DNA of 64,000 bases from Carcharhinus amblyrhynchos (taxonomy: Eukaryota). The notes beneath the pieces were generated by a model. The model had not been told where the DNA came from. It did no database searches and saw nothing but the letters and a program-made list of their open reading frames with translations. Below are positions 24,200 through 34,606 of the stretch, one piece after another. Made by a program: the position numbers and the translations under genes. The first letter of the stretch is position 1; each line of letters begins with the position of its first letter. The stretch is taken from positions 40,424,001 to 40,488,000 of the forward strand of contig OZ336885.1 of NCBI GenBank assembly GCA_965287045.1. Direction: 5' to 3'.

Positions 24200-25255
24200 C
24201 CCCAGGGATTCGTGATTTGGACATTGGTGTTGGGATTGTGGAAAGTAAGATTGCAGATGACAGCAAAATCTGTGCAAAGTTCAAGGTGTCAGAGGAGTGC
24301 AATCAAATCATTCATAAACGGAGGTCAATTTAGATAAACGCATTGTCATGCACGTTGCCCAGGCCCACATAAAATAATATCTGCAGGGAACGGTACTGAG
24401 CATAGAAAGATATCTTGGTGCAATTGTGCACAGAAAAATAAAAGTTCATGAACACTTTAGAGAAACTGTAACTAAAACTAGCAAGATATTGGTTTGTTCT
24501 AACAGAGCCATTCAGTGTAAATTGAATTACATCATTTTGATTACAAGGATCTCTGGTCAGAACATGTCTTGAGTAAGAGGCCTAGTTTTGGTACACCAAT
24601 TTAACAAGTGATATAGTGACCTTGGAAAAGGTCCAGAAGCTTACAACCATGACTCTGAGCTTCAAGGATGTCAGCTACTCAGATCGACTCAAGGACCTTG
24701 ATTGATTTACTTCAGAGCAGTTTAAGCTTACTGGTGACCTGATACAGGTCTACAAAAAGAGCTTGAGTAATGCCTCCATTTATAGAGTATCCTCCTTTAC
24801 CAGATTGGATAGGAACAACAAAACATGGGTTTAAACTTTTTAAGCATAAGATTAAGCAGGTGGTTTCTTCCTTTCCCAAGGAATTGCAAGCCTCTGGAAG
24901 AGACTGCCGGCTGTTGTCGTGAGTTCTGACTTACTGCATTCCTCACAGAGGGAATTTATTTGTTCCTGAATGGGGCAGAGATTGCATTATCCAAAAACTA
25001 AGTGTTTTTGTTGTTAACACAAAATCCAATTGATCTTGTGGATGATGTTATTAATTTAAGGAGTATAAAAAAGGAATTTTACAAGTTTGTTTTCTTTGTT
25101 ATCTCTTTTTGCCTCTTTATAAAGGTTAAATGCCCATGAGGTGAGGGTAATGTTGAAGAAGGCAGGTTAGGGAGAGATTAGCCATGATTTTGGTCATTAG
25201 GTGGGATAGGCTTATTGGATCAGCTAGCATTTTCCTGCCGTCAGTTTTATACATC
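24200..25255 (+). mobile_element. Older CR1-group LINE 3' relic
   Basis: SKIADDSKI RT motif followed by degenerate C-terminal similarity (LEKVQK, GDLIQVYK). Confidence 0.55.
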
Positions 25256-26164
25256 TATGGGTTCTGGTTCTTGTAGCATTTAAGCAAATAGGAGCAAAAA
25301 TCACCCTCAATCTCAAGTGATTTGAGATTTCTTATAGCCTGAACCCAGCAAGTATTGCCAAGTAAAATTCACCAGGCTTGTCAGTAATTGATGTCCTTAG
25401 GTGAAATCTCCACTGAGGGTGGATGGCATTGCAGAGACCCTATCATTTTCTGTGGGCTCAGCTGTCAGCCAATTCTTCATGATCTCTCTTTAAATTAATG
25501 ACGCAGCAAAGTTTCCACCTTGCAGGTCACCGGTGCTCATGGCACCTGTCTGGGTCAGTGCTGTTCAGCAGTAACACTGATCGCAGGAGACGCTCTACCT
25601 CCATTGACTACTGATTCAGTAGGAGAAAACATTCTCAAGATAGCTCCTGTCTTCCTCTGTACTTATTGATGCTCTGGTCAAATCTTTATTGCAATATTTC
25701 TCTCGGATTTTATATATGCATCGCTTTCGTTACCTCTCTTCTGATTGTGATCATAGTAATTTGGTTTTCAGCTATCTTCAAGATTCTAGTTTATAGAATT
25801 GACTCTGAACATTAAGATCTTGTTTTTAATTTTGGCAACTTATCTGTAAAATTAAATGCCAAATTTAAGTAAGCTGGCATATTTGGGCTTACAGAGTTTT
25901 TTGAAGTTTAAATTTCTTCATTAAGGTACAGCTATTAACTCCTACCCTGAGTAAACTTTGAAAACCGGCTCACATTACTTGCCTTTTCCATTTCATTTAT
26001 TTGAAAATAAATTTAAAGGAACAACTCCACACTCCACTACAGGGTGTATACCCAGTAAGCTTTTGATGAGGAGGCAGGCAACGACAAGCTTGAGCTTGGT
26101 CTACCAAACTTGACTGTTAAGGTTATTCTCAAACATTGCAGTCAAAAATGTCAGAATGAGTCAA

Positions 26165-26651
26165 ATGGTTTTGGAGCTGCATTCATCCAGACAAGTGAAG
26201 AGCATTCTATCACATTCCTGACATATATCATGCGATGGTGGACAGGCTTGGGAAATCAGGAGGTGTGTTAATCACTGCACAATTTCCAGATGCTGACCTG
26301 CTCTTGTAATCACAGAATTAATATGGCTGCCCAGTTCAGTTTCTGGTCAATGATAACTCCAGGAAGTTGATAGTGGGGTATTCAGTGATTGTAATGCCAT
26401 TGAATGTCAAGGGGCGATGATTACATTTTTCCTTTTTTTCCTTGTTGGAGATTGTCATTGCTTGGCCCTCATATCTTACTTGCCACAGATCAGCCTCAGC
26501 CTGAATGTTGCCCAGGTCTTGTTGCTTGCAGACACAGACTGCTTCAGTACCCAAGGAGTTGTGAATGGCTAAACACTCGAAAATCATCAGTAAACATCCC
26601 CACTTCTGACTTTAAGTTGAAGGGAAAGCCATTGATGAAGCAATGAGGATG
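26165..26651 (-). mobile_element. LINE family B fragment, 3' part of the host split by the young CR1
   Basis: FINGFPFNLKSEVGMFTDD and QAMTISNK..LTFNGITITE peptides; continues at 31075. Confidence 0.8.
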
Positions 26652-26754
26652 AACATAAGAACATAAGAGCATAAGAAATAAGAGCAGGAGTAGGCCATCT
26701 AGCCCTTCGAGCCTGCCCCTCCATTCAATAAGATCATGGCTGATCTGTAGTGGC

Positions 26755-29613
26755 TCAGTTCCACTTTCCCGCCCTCTCCCCATAACCCTTAATCCCCTCG
26801 CTTATCAAAAACCCATCAACCCGTGTCTTAAAAATACCCAGCGAGGCAGCCTCCACCGCTTCAACGGGCAGAGAATTCCAGAGATTCACCACCCTTTGAG
26901 TGAAGAAGTTCCTCCTCAACTCCGTTCTAAACTGCCCCCCCTTTATCTTGAGGCTGTGCCCCCTAGTCCTACTGTCTTTTTTGAGCGGGAAGAGTCTCTC
27001 CACCTCTATCCTATCCATCCCATTCATCATCTTATACGTCTCAATGAGATCTCCCCTCATTCTTCTAAACTCTAACGAGTACAAGCCTAGTTTATTCAGC
27101 CTCTCCTCATAGCTCAACCCCCTCAACTCCGGTATCAGCCTAGTAAACCTCCTCTGCACTCCCTCCAAGGCCAAAATATCTTTGCGCAGGTGCGGTGCCC
27201 AAAACTGCACACAGTACTCCAGCTGCGGCCTCACCAATGCCCTATACAGCTGCAGCAAGACCTCCCTACTTTTATATTCAATCCCCCTCGCTATGAAGGC
27301 CAGCATCCCATTCGCCTTCCTGACCACCTGCTGTACCTGCAAGCTGGGTTTTTGCGACTCATGCACAAGGACCCCTAGGTCCCTCTGCACCGTCGCCTGC
27401 TGCAGTTTTTCGCCACGTAAGTAATAGTCCTTCCTACCATTATTCCTACCAAAGTGGACCACCTCACACTTGCCAACATTAAATTCCATTTGCCATTTCC
27501 TGGCCCATTCGCCCAGCCTATCTAGATCCTTCTGCAGACTCTCCACACCCTCCGCACAATTTGCCGTTCCCCCAATCTTGGTGTCATCAGCAAATTTCGA
27601 CACTCTACACTCGGTTCCCTCCTCCAGATCATCTATATAAATGGTAAAAAGCTGAGGCCCCAGCACCGACCCCTGGGGCACTCCACTAGTCACCACCCGC
27701 CAATCCGAATAGCACCCATTGACCCCCACTCTCTGCCTCCTATTTGACAACCAATCCTCTATCCACGCTAACACCCTACCCCCAACTCCATGTCCCTCGA
27801 CCTTCTGCAATAACCTCTTGTGAGGTACTTTGTCAAACGCCTTCTGAAAATCCAGAAAGACCACATCCACCGGCTCTCCTCTATCCACCGCCCTAGACAC
27901 ATCCTCATAGAACTCCAGTAAATTTGTCAGACACGACTTCCCTTTAATGAAGCCATGCTGCGTCTGCTTTATCAAGCAATTCCCTTCAAGATGCCTCGCA
28001 ATTTCCTCCTTAATGACGGATTCTAACATTTTACCTACCACAGACGTTAAACTAACCGGCCTATAATTCCCCGCCTTTTGCCTGGCACCCTTCTTAAACA
28101 ACGGCGTAACATTAGCCGTTTTCCATTCCTCCGGCACTTCCCTGGAATCCAGCGACGTCTGGAAAATAACCACCAAGGCATCCACTATCACCTCCGCCAT
28201 TTCTTTCAGAACCCTCGGATGCATTCCATCTGGTCCTGGGGACTTGTCCACAATCAGCCCCTCCAGTCTGTCGAGCACCACCTCTCTAGTAACAGTAATG
28301 TCATTAAGACCCTCCAGTCCTACCACCTTTCCATCATTAACACCCGGCAAATTATTCACGTCCTCCTCCGTGAAGACAGAAACAAAAATGTTATTCAATA
28401 CCTTAGCCATATCCCCATCCCCTACCACTAGGTCCCCTTTCTCATCCTCTAAAGAACCAACGTTCACCCTAGCCAGCCTCTTCCTTTTTATATATTTATA
28501 AAAACTCTTGCTATCCTTTTTTATATTAAGCGCTAGCCCAGCTTCATAGTTTCTCCTACCCTTCTTTATCAACTTCTTTGTCAATCTTTGTTGACATTTA
28601 AACCTCTCCCAATCCTCTTCTCGCCCACTACTCTTAGCTACTCTAAATTCCTCCGCTTTTAATTTAACACTTTCCTTCACCTCCTTCGTTATCCACGGCT
28701 TATTACCTCTCCTCCTACTGTCCTTTTTGACCATCGGAATAAATTTCCGCTGAGCACCAAGAAAGATCTCCTTAAAGATCCTCCACTGCTCCTCAGCAGA
28801 CCCTCCCTCCAACGCACTCCCCCAGTCAACATTCGCCAATTCTCTCATCCTACCGTACTCCCCTCTATTCAAACAAAGGACGCGTGTCTGGGAACCCACT
28901 TTCTCCTCCTCCATCTGCACCAGAAACTCCACCATACAATGATCACTCTCCCCAAGAGGATCCTTCACCACAAGGTCCCTAATTCTACCCGCCTCATTAC
29001 ATAGCACCAGATCCAAGATAGCTCTCTCCCTCGTCGGCTCCAACACACACTGTTCAAGGAAACTATCCCGGCAGCATTCCAAGAACTCCTCCTCGAGCCC
29101 ACCGCGTCCAACATGGGTCGACCAATCAATATGCAGATTGAAATCCCCCATAACTACGGCCGTCCCATTCCTGCACGCCGCACTTATTTGCGCGTTAACA
29201 GCCCGCCCCACTTCCAGATCATTATTCAGGGGCCTATAGACGACACTCACCAGCGTCTTCCTCCCTTTGCTGTTCCTAATCTCCACCCACAACGATTCCA
29301 CGTTCTGCTCCTTGGCTCCAATATCATCCCTTGCTACCACCTTGATGCTATCCTTAATCAGCAGAGCTACGCCCCCCCCTTTTCCCTCCTGCCTATTCTT
29401 CCTAAACACTTGATAGCCCTGTACATTCAGCTCCCAGTCCCTGTCACCTTGCAGCCACGTCTCTGTAATGGCCACCAGATCGTATCCATTTGTGTCGATC
29501 TGCACCACCAGCTCATCCACTTTATTCCGAATGCTTCGTGCATTCAGATAAAGCGCTTTCATCCCAGCCTTCACCTGGACCCTATTTGCCGTAACGCCAC
29601 CAACCATACTCAC
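26755..29613 (-). CDS. CR1 ORF2: AP endonuclease + reverse transcriptase, intact (952 aa from GTG; first ATG at 29607)
   Basis: APE motifs YLNARS, ITETW, GDFN, SDH; RT motifs YRPVSLTS, QHGF, DFQKAFD, GVPQGSVLGP, FADD. Confidence 0.95.
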   Translation of the reverse strand: MSMVGGVTANRVQVKAGMKALYLNARSIRNKVDELVVQIDTNGYDLVAITETWLQGDRDWELNVQGYQVFRKNRQEGKGGGVALLIKDSIKVVARDDIGAKEQNVESLWVEIRNSKGRKTLVSVVYRPLNNDLEVGRAVNAQISAACRNGTAVVMGDFNLHIDWSTHVGRGGLEEEFLECCRDSFLEQCVLEPTRERAILDLVLCNEAGRIRDLVVKDPLGESDHCMVEFLVQMEEEKVGSQTRVLCLNRGEYGRMRELANVDWGSALEGGSAEEQWRIFKEIFLGAQRKFIPMVKKDSRRRGNKPWITKEVKESVKLKAEEFRVAKSSGREEDWERFKCQQRLTKKLIKKGRRNYEAGLALNIKKDSKSFYKYIKRKRLARVNVGSLEDEKGDLVVGDGDMAKVLNNIFVSVFTEEDVNNLPGVNDGKVVGLEGLNDITVTREVVLDRLEGLIVDKSPGPDGMHPRVLKEMAEVIVDALVVIFQTSLDSREVPEEWKTANVTPLFKKGARQKAGNYRPVSLTSVVGKMLESVIKEEIARHLEGNCLIKQTQHGFIKGKSCLTNLLEFYEDVSRAVDRGEPVDVVFLDFQKAFDKVPHKRLLQKVEGHGVGGRVLAWIEDWLSNRRQRVGVNGCYSDWRVVTSGVPQGSVLGPQLFTIYIDDLEEGTECRVSKFADDTKIGGTANCAEGVESLQKDLDRLGEWARKWQMEFNVGKCEVVHFGRNNGRKDYYLRGEKLQQATVQRDLGVLVHESQKPSLQVQQVVRKANGMLAFIARGIEYKSREVLLQLYRALVRPQLEYCVQFWAPHLRKDILALEGVQRRFTRLIPELRGLSYEERLNKLGLYSLEFRRMRGDLIETYKMMNGMDRIEVERLFPLKKDSRTRGHSLKIKGGQFRTELRRNFFTQRVVNLWNSLPVEAVEAASLGIFKTRVDGFLISEGIKGYGERAGKWN

Positions 29614-29725
29614 GCCCCCTACTCCCTCTATTATTGGGACATCCTCGGCCTCTTCCCTTACCTGTACCCTATCCTTAACTTTAGACCTCGTAACGTCACC
29701 TACCCTCGCACCCTCCCCCCCCTAA

Positions 29726-30700
29726 TTAGTTTAAAGCCCTGTCTACAGTCCTCTTTACTCGATTTGCCAGCACTCTGGTCCCAGCATGGTTCAGACCAAC
29801 CCCATCCCGCCCGAACAGGTCCCACCTACCCCAATACTGGTGCCAATGCCCCATAAATTCAAACCCATTCCTCCCACACCAATCCCTGAGCCACCCATTC
29901 ACTTCCTTAATCCTGTCAACCTTATGCCCGTCTGCACTCAGTTCAGGCAGTAGCCCAGAGATGACCACCTTTTCGGTTCTACTTTTTAATTCCATTCCCA
30001 GCTTTTTATATCCCTCCCCAGATCCTCAGTCCGCATTTTGCTTACGTCGCCGGCACCCACATGTACCACAACGACCGGATTCTCACCCTCCCAGTCCAGG
30101 TTCCTCTGCAGCCCAGCTGCGACATCCCGGACCCGAGCACCAGGCAGACAACACACCCTTCTGTGCACTTTGTTATTGTGACAAAGGACAGTGTCAATAC
30201 CCTTCACCCCACTATCCCCAATTACGACTACGTTCCTTTTCCCCTTCTCTTTGCCTATGTCCTGCTGCATCACTGTACCGTGTGCAGTTTGCTCACCAAC
30301 CTCACCTGCCTTGTCCTTTTCCAGACTGGAAGCAAGAACCTCAAACCTGTTATGCAGATTAAGAGACTGAGGCCTCCGCTCCCCACCCTCCTCCCTCCTC
30401 TCCCCACTCTCCTTCCTCCGCTCCTCACCCCCCTTCCTCCTCCCAGCAGCCCCCTCTTGTCCCTGACCCTTAGAGTTAGCCAGTCTAGGGGGGGGTGGAT
30501 GTCACTTGCACCCCATTGACAATGGCACCCTCTCTCCCCCTGATGAGCCTCAGTGTCTGTAGCTCAGAGGCCAGCTCATCTACCTTGAGCTGGAGTTCCT
30601 CCAACAACCTGCACTTACTGCAGAAATGGTCACTGGGATGGACCCTGGAGTCCACCAGTTCCCACATCATACAGAAACCACACATCACATGCCCCTCCAT
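29726..30700 (-). pseudogene. CR1 ORF1 (CxxC..CxxC zinc finger, leucine zipper, SGNH esterase fold) with two 1-bp frameshifts
   Basis: Three ORF pieces: CGFC..CSKC..LEELQLKVDEL; VVVIGDS..CLPGARV; VISGLLP..DGVGLN..ALN*. Removing one base at the 30488-30495 run and adding one near 30011 gives about 324 aa. Confidence 0.88.
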
Positions 30701-31074
30701 TATTCACTGTAGTAGTTTTGAAAAAAAATTTTTTTTTTTTCTTGTTTTTCAAACGAACTCACCTGGCCATTTTTCCCTCAAGCCCTTTTTGATATTAAGC
30801 CCTAATAGCTCACTCTGCTTCCCTCTCACTCCGCTGCCCGCTCCGACGCTGCCCGCTGTCTACACCAGGCCTCCTTTTAAACCTGGCGCTGATTTAAAGC
30901 TGTTGGCCCACAACTGCCTGCTAACCACTCCCTCAGAATTCTTAAAGCAGTAAATACAATAAATAAATGCTTTCAACAGTTCTACAAAGAACAAAGTGCT
31001 TTAAACTTATTTTAAACAGGTTTTTAACAGGTAAAATCTTAGCTCTGTCTCTGCTCCTTCACTCGTCTGCTCCA

Positions 31075-31765
31075 GCTGGGCCTAGGAATTCTTACCTGGA
31101 ATAGGGATGATTAGCCTCCAACAACCACAACCATCTTCCTTTGTGCTGGGTATGATTCCAACCAAGGGAGAGTTTTCCCCTGAATTGCATTGACTTCAGT
31201 TTTGCTAGAGTTCCAAGATGCCACGCTAGTCAAATCCTGCCTTGATACCAAGGTCAGACATTTTTCACATCAAGAATTCAGCTCTTTGTGTCATATTTGG
31301 ATCAAAGATGTCATGAAGCCTAGTGCTGATTGACCATGGCAGAACCCAACTGAGCATGGGTGAGCAGGCTAATGCTGAATAAGACCATTGGATAACATTG
31401 TCAATGCATCTCTTTGCTAACGATAAAGACTTGGTTGATGGGATGGTAAGTGACTGGATTTGATTTGCCCTACTTTTTGTGTACAGGATGTATTTGGCCA
31501 ATTTTCCTCATTATTAGATGCTGCTGTTGTTACTGCACTGGAACAGCTTAGCTAGGGGAGTCATTAGTTCTGGAGCATGTCTTCAATACTGCAGGGATAG
31601 TAGGATCCATAGCCTTTGCTGCATTCAGCATTCTGTGATATGGAGTGAATCTATTTATCTGAAGGTTGACACCTGTGATGTTGGTGAATTCAAGAGGAGG
31701 CCACGATGGATTGGCCACTTCCCACTGAGGATAGTAGCAAATGCTTCAGCCTTGTCTTTTACAGT
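31075..31765 (-). mobile_element. LINE family B fragment, 5' part of the split host
   Basis: CCTTGATACCAAGG and AACCATCTTCCT match the RT region upstream of the GP..FINDL stretch at 26640. Confidence 0.75.
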
Positions 31766-32580
31766 CATATGTTTACCATACAAGATCAATAGACATTCAA
31801 ACAATATTTGAAAGAATGGGATGTTGGTGTTAGACAGTTGGTGATTTTCTCACCCTAACTGTTGCTGCTGTAACATTCCAATTATTATCTGTTGGCAGCA
31901 GCTGTTTGGAACACAATTGGTCAGGCCATCTATCAGAAATTAGTAATTAAATATTCACTTGTCTTTGAACCACAAGGAGGGAAGTTATACATGTCCTGAT
32001 GTTTTATTGTATTACATTAATGTGGCCCCATGTGATAGAATTCATTAATATTCAGTGTTTGTTGCTGTAAGTTCAGCTCAAATATCAGCTGTATTCATAC
32101 AAAGTGAAAATTCGTCACTTGATTGGCAGAGGTTTTGAGTTATCTAATGTGGAACTTCATTGTTATAACCCATGTGCATGATTCAGTATATGTTTTTTTT
32201 TGTGATCTTTTATTGTAATGCTGTTTTAAATTACCACAAACTGAAATCAGAATAACAAGATTGGGAGAATATGCATATCCTAAGTATCATATTTAAGCAC
32301 AGACTTGAGAAGAAATACTTTTCGGGAAATCATTCTTAGCTTCTCTCTTTCAAATGACTTTGAGGAAAATTACATGGCTCCTACAGATCCATGTTTCCTT
32401 TATTACAGGAGTTACACTTCAGAGAATGTGAATATTTATAATTGAAAAAAAGTCAAAGGATTTAAGGAGAAAATAAATCTCTTAATGAATATTTCCTTGG
32501 ACCTTGTCAACACATCTTAAAGAAATCTTTAAAAATCTGATTTGATTTTCTGTCAATGATTTTTTTTTAAATAAGCCTAC

Positions 32581-32877
32581 TTAGCACTGCTGCCTCACAG
32601 CATCAGCGACCAATTCTAATCTTGGATGACTGTTTGGAGTTTGCATGTTCTCTCTGTGTCTGCATGTGTTTCCTCCACAGTCCAAAGACGTACAGGTTAG
32701 AAAGATTGGCCACAGTAAATTGCCCCTTAATGTCCCAAGAAATGTAAGTTGGAGGGGTTGGTGGGATAAATACATAAGGCTACAGGAATAGGACCTGAGT
32801 AAAATACTCTGTTGGAGAGTTGGTGCAGAGTCAAAGGGCCAAATGACCTCCTTCTGCACTATAGGGATTCTTCTATG
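32581..32877 (+). mobile_element. HE1-like SINE
   Basis: TTAGCACTGCTGCCTCACAG head, CCTCCTTCTGCACTATAGGGATTC tail. Confidence 0.88.
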
Positions 32878-33621
32878 CTACTGATTGTTTATTATTAATC
32901 TTATTTCTCAGCCTTTTAAAATCACTTTGCATATTTATCAAATTGTTTGCTGACAATGCTGATCTTTCCAAAGGTAAGTACACTGTCAAGACTGTCCCCT
33001 CATACAACTAGGGATATCCAAAGATTTAAATATTGACACTCCAAGGCAAAAATGCAGATCGATAGAGCAAATAGGTTTTTCTGCTTAAGTCCCTTTATTG
33101 CTTCTGTTGTGAATTTAAGTCTTCTCAATTAGTTGCACGCTCAAATGGTTTTGAGAACCTGATTTCAATGAGAGTTGATTCAAATTACCCTGTATCTATT
33201 TTTACAATGGCGTAATGTTGGAGAGTAACAGCAGCATTGTTTTGTGATCTGGGTTAGATAATCATATCTTTTGCACTTGCATTCACTACAGAAGAATGAT
33301 CTGAGCTCACAGCACAAGTCAATATTGTTTGAAACATTCTTCTTCTTTAAAGGTAAAATTTAATACACAGGGTGAAAAGGATTAATAGACCCACTTTGCT
33401 GAATTGATGCAATTTGACTTTGCATAATTGTTTGAAAAATTATAGATGCATAACCCTACGCTACTCTCTCTCAACCTTTCCACATCTGTCTCTGTAGCTA
33501 ATTAATCCTTGAGCTGGTCACACAGTGTGTCAGCTGGGGCATATATCTTGAAGGCACTACACCACATCAAACATAGCCACACTCATACTGACACATGCAC
33601 ACATACATAAAAACTAGTGGA

Positions 33622-33803
33622 GAATTTAGCGTGGCCAATCCACATAATCTTGCAACTTTTTGGACTGTGGGAGAAAACTGGAGCACCTGGTGAAAACCCA
33701 TACGTATACAGGCAAAACGTGCAAACTCCACACAGAGACACCCAGGTCAGAATCCAACCTGGGTCGCTGGCACTGTGACGCAGCAGTGCGAACCACTGTG
33801 CTG
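33622..33803 (-). mobile_element. HE1-like SINE, 5' half
   Basis: Head and body in reverse, tail absent. Confidence 0.85.
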
Positions 33804-33939
33804 TCAGGGCAAAAGGAATGAATAGCCTCACTTCGCTGGATCAATGCAATTTGACTTCACGTAATGACATGAAAAATTATTAATGTGCAACCCTTACTTA
33901 TTAGGCAGACAATTTTATTTTCCTATACATATATATTGT

Positions 33940-34198
33940 ACAGTGGTTAACATGCTGCTTCACAGCGCCAGGGACGTGGGATCGATTCCTGGCTTGGGTC
34001 ACGTTCTCCCCACGGTTTCCTCCAGGTGTTCCAGTTTCCTCCCACAGTCCAAAAGACGTGTTGATTAGGGACATTGATGAAGCTAAATTTTTCCTCAGCA
34101 TACCCAAACAGGTGCCAGAGTGTGGCGACTGGGAGATTTTCACAGTAACTTCATTGCAGTGGTAGTAAGCCTGCTTGTGACTAATAAATAAAACTTTA
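33940..34198 (+). mobile_element. HE1-like SINE variant with alternative tail
   Basis: Tail GATTTTCACAGTAACTTCATTGCAGTG..CTTGTGACTAATAAATAAAAACTTT. Confidence 0.85.
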
Positions 34199-34281
34199 AA
34201 AATATATATTTCACTTTTCTGGTACTGTTCCATTTACTTAAAATATAGCCAGTTACTTTTGGAGTTTTCTTTTTATTTAGT

Positions 34282-34606
34282 ATCATAGAACCCTACAGTG
34301 CAGAAGGAGGCTATTCAGCCCATCAAGTCTGCACCAACTACAATCCCACCCCAGGCCCTACCCCAATATCCCTGCGTATTTTACCCACTAATCCCTCTAA
34401 CCTACGCAGCTCAGCACACTAAGGGGCAATTTAGCATGGCCAATCAATCTAATCCGCACATCTTTGGACTGTGGGAGGAAATCGGAGCACCCGGAGGAAA
34501 CCCATGCAGACACGAGGAGAATGTGCAAACTCCACACAGACAGTGACCCAAGCCAGGAATTGAACCCAGCTCCCTGGAGCTATGAAGCAGCAGTGCTAAC
34601 CACTGT
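34282..34606 (-). mobile_element. HE1-like SINE
   Basis: Near-complete copy in reverse. Confidence 0.92.

Larger units (their letters stand above)
26652..31074 (-). mobile_element. Apparently full-length young CR1-clade LINE (~4.4 kb)
   Basis: 5' UTR, ORF1, ORF2, 3' stem-loop region and (TTCTTATG)n-like tail. Flanks rejoin as GAGGATG|GCTGGGCCTAGG of the older LINE with no evident target duplication; CpG-rich. Confidence 0.93.

Noticed and set aside
29113-30953. Long plus-strand ORFs (247, 133, 152, 152 aa)
   Set aside because: Antisense shadows of the G-rich CR1 ORFs; Pro/Leu/Ser-rich with no domain.
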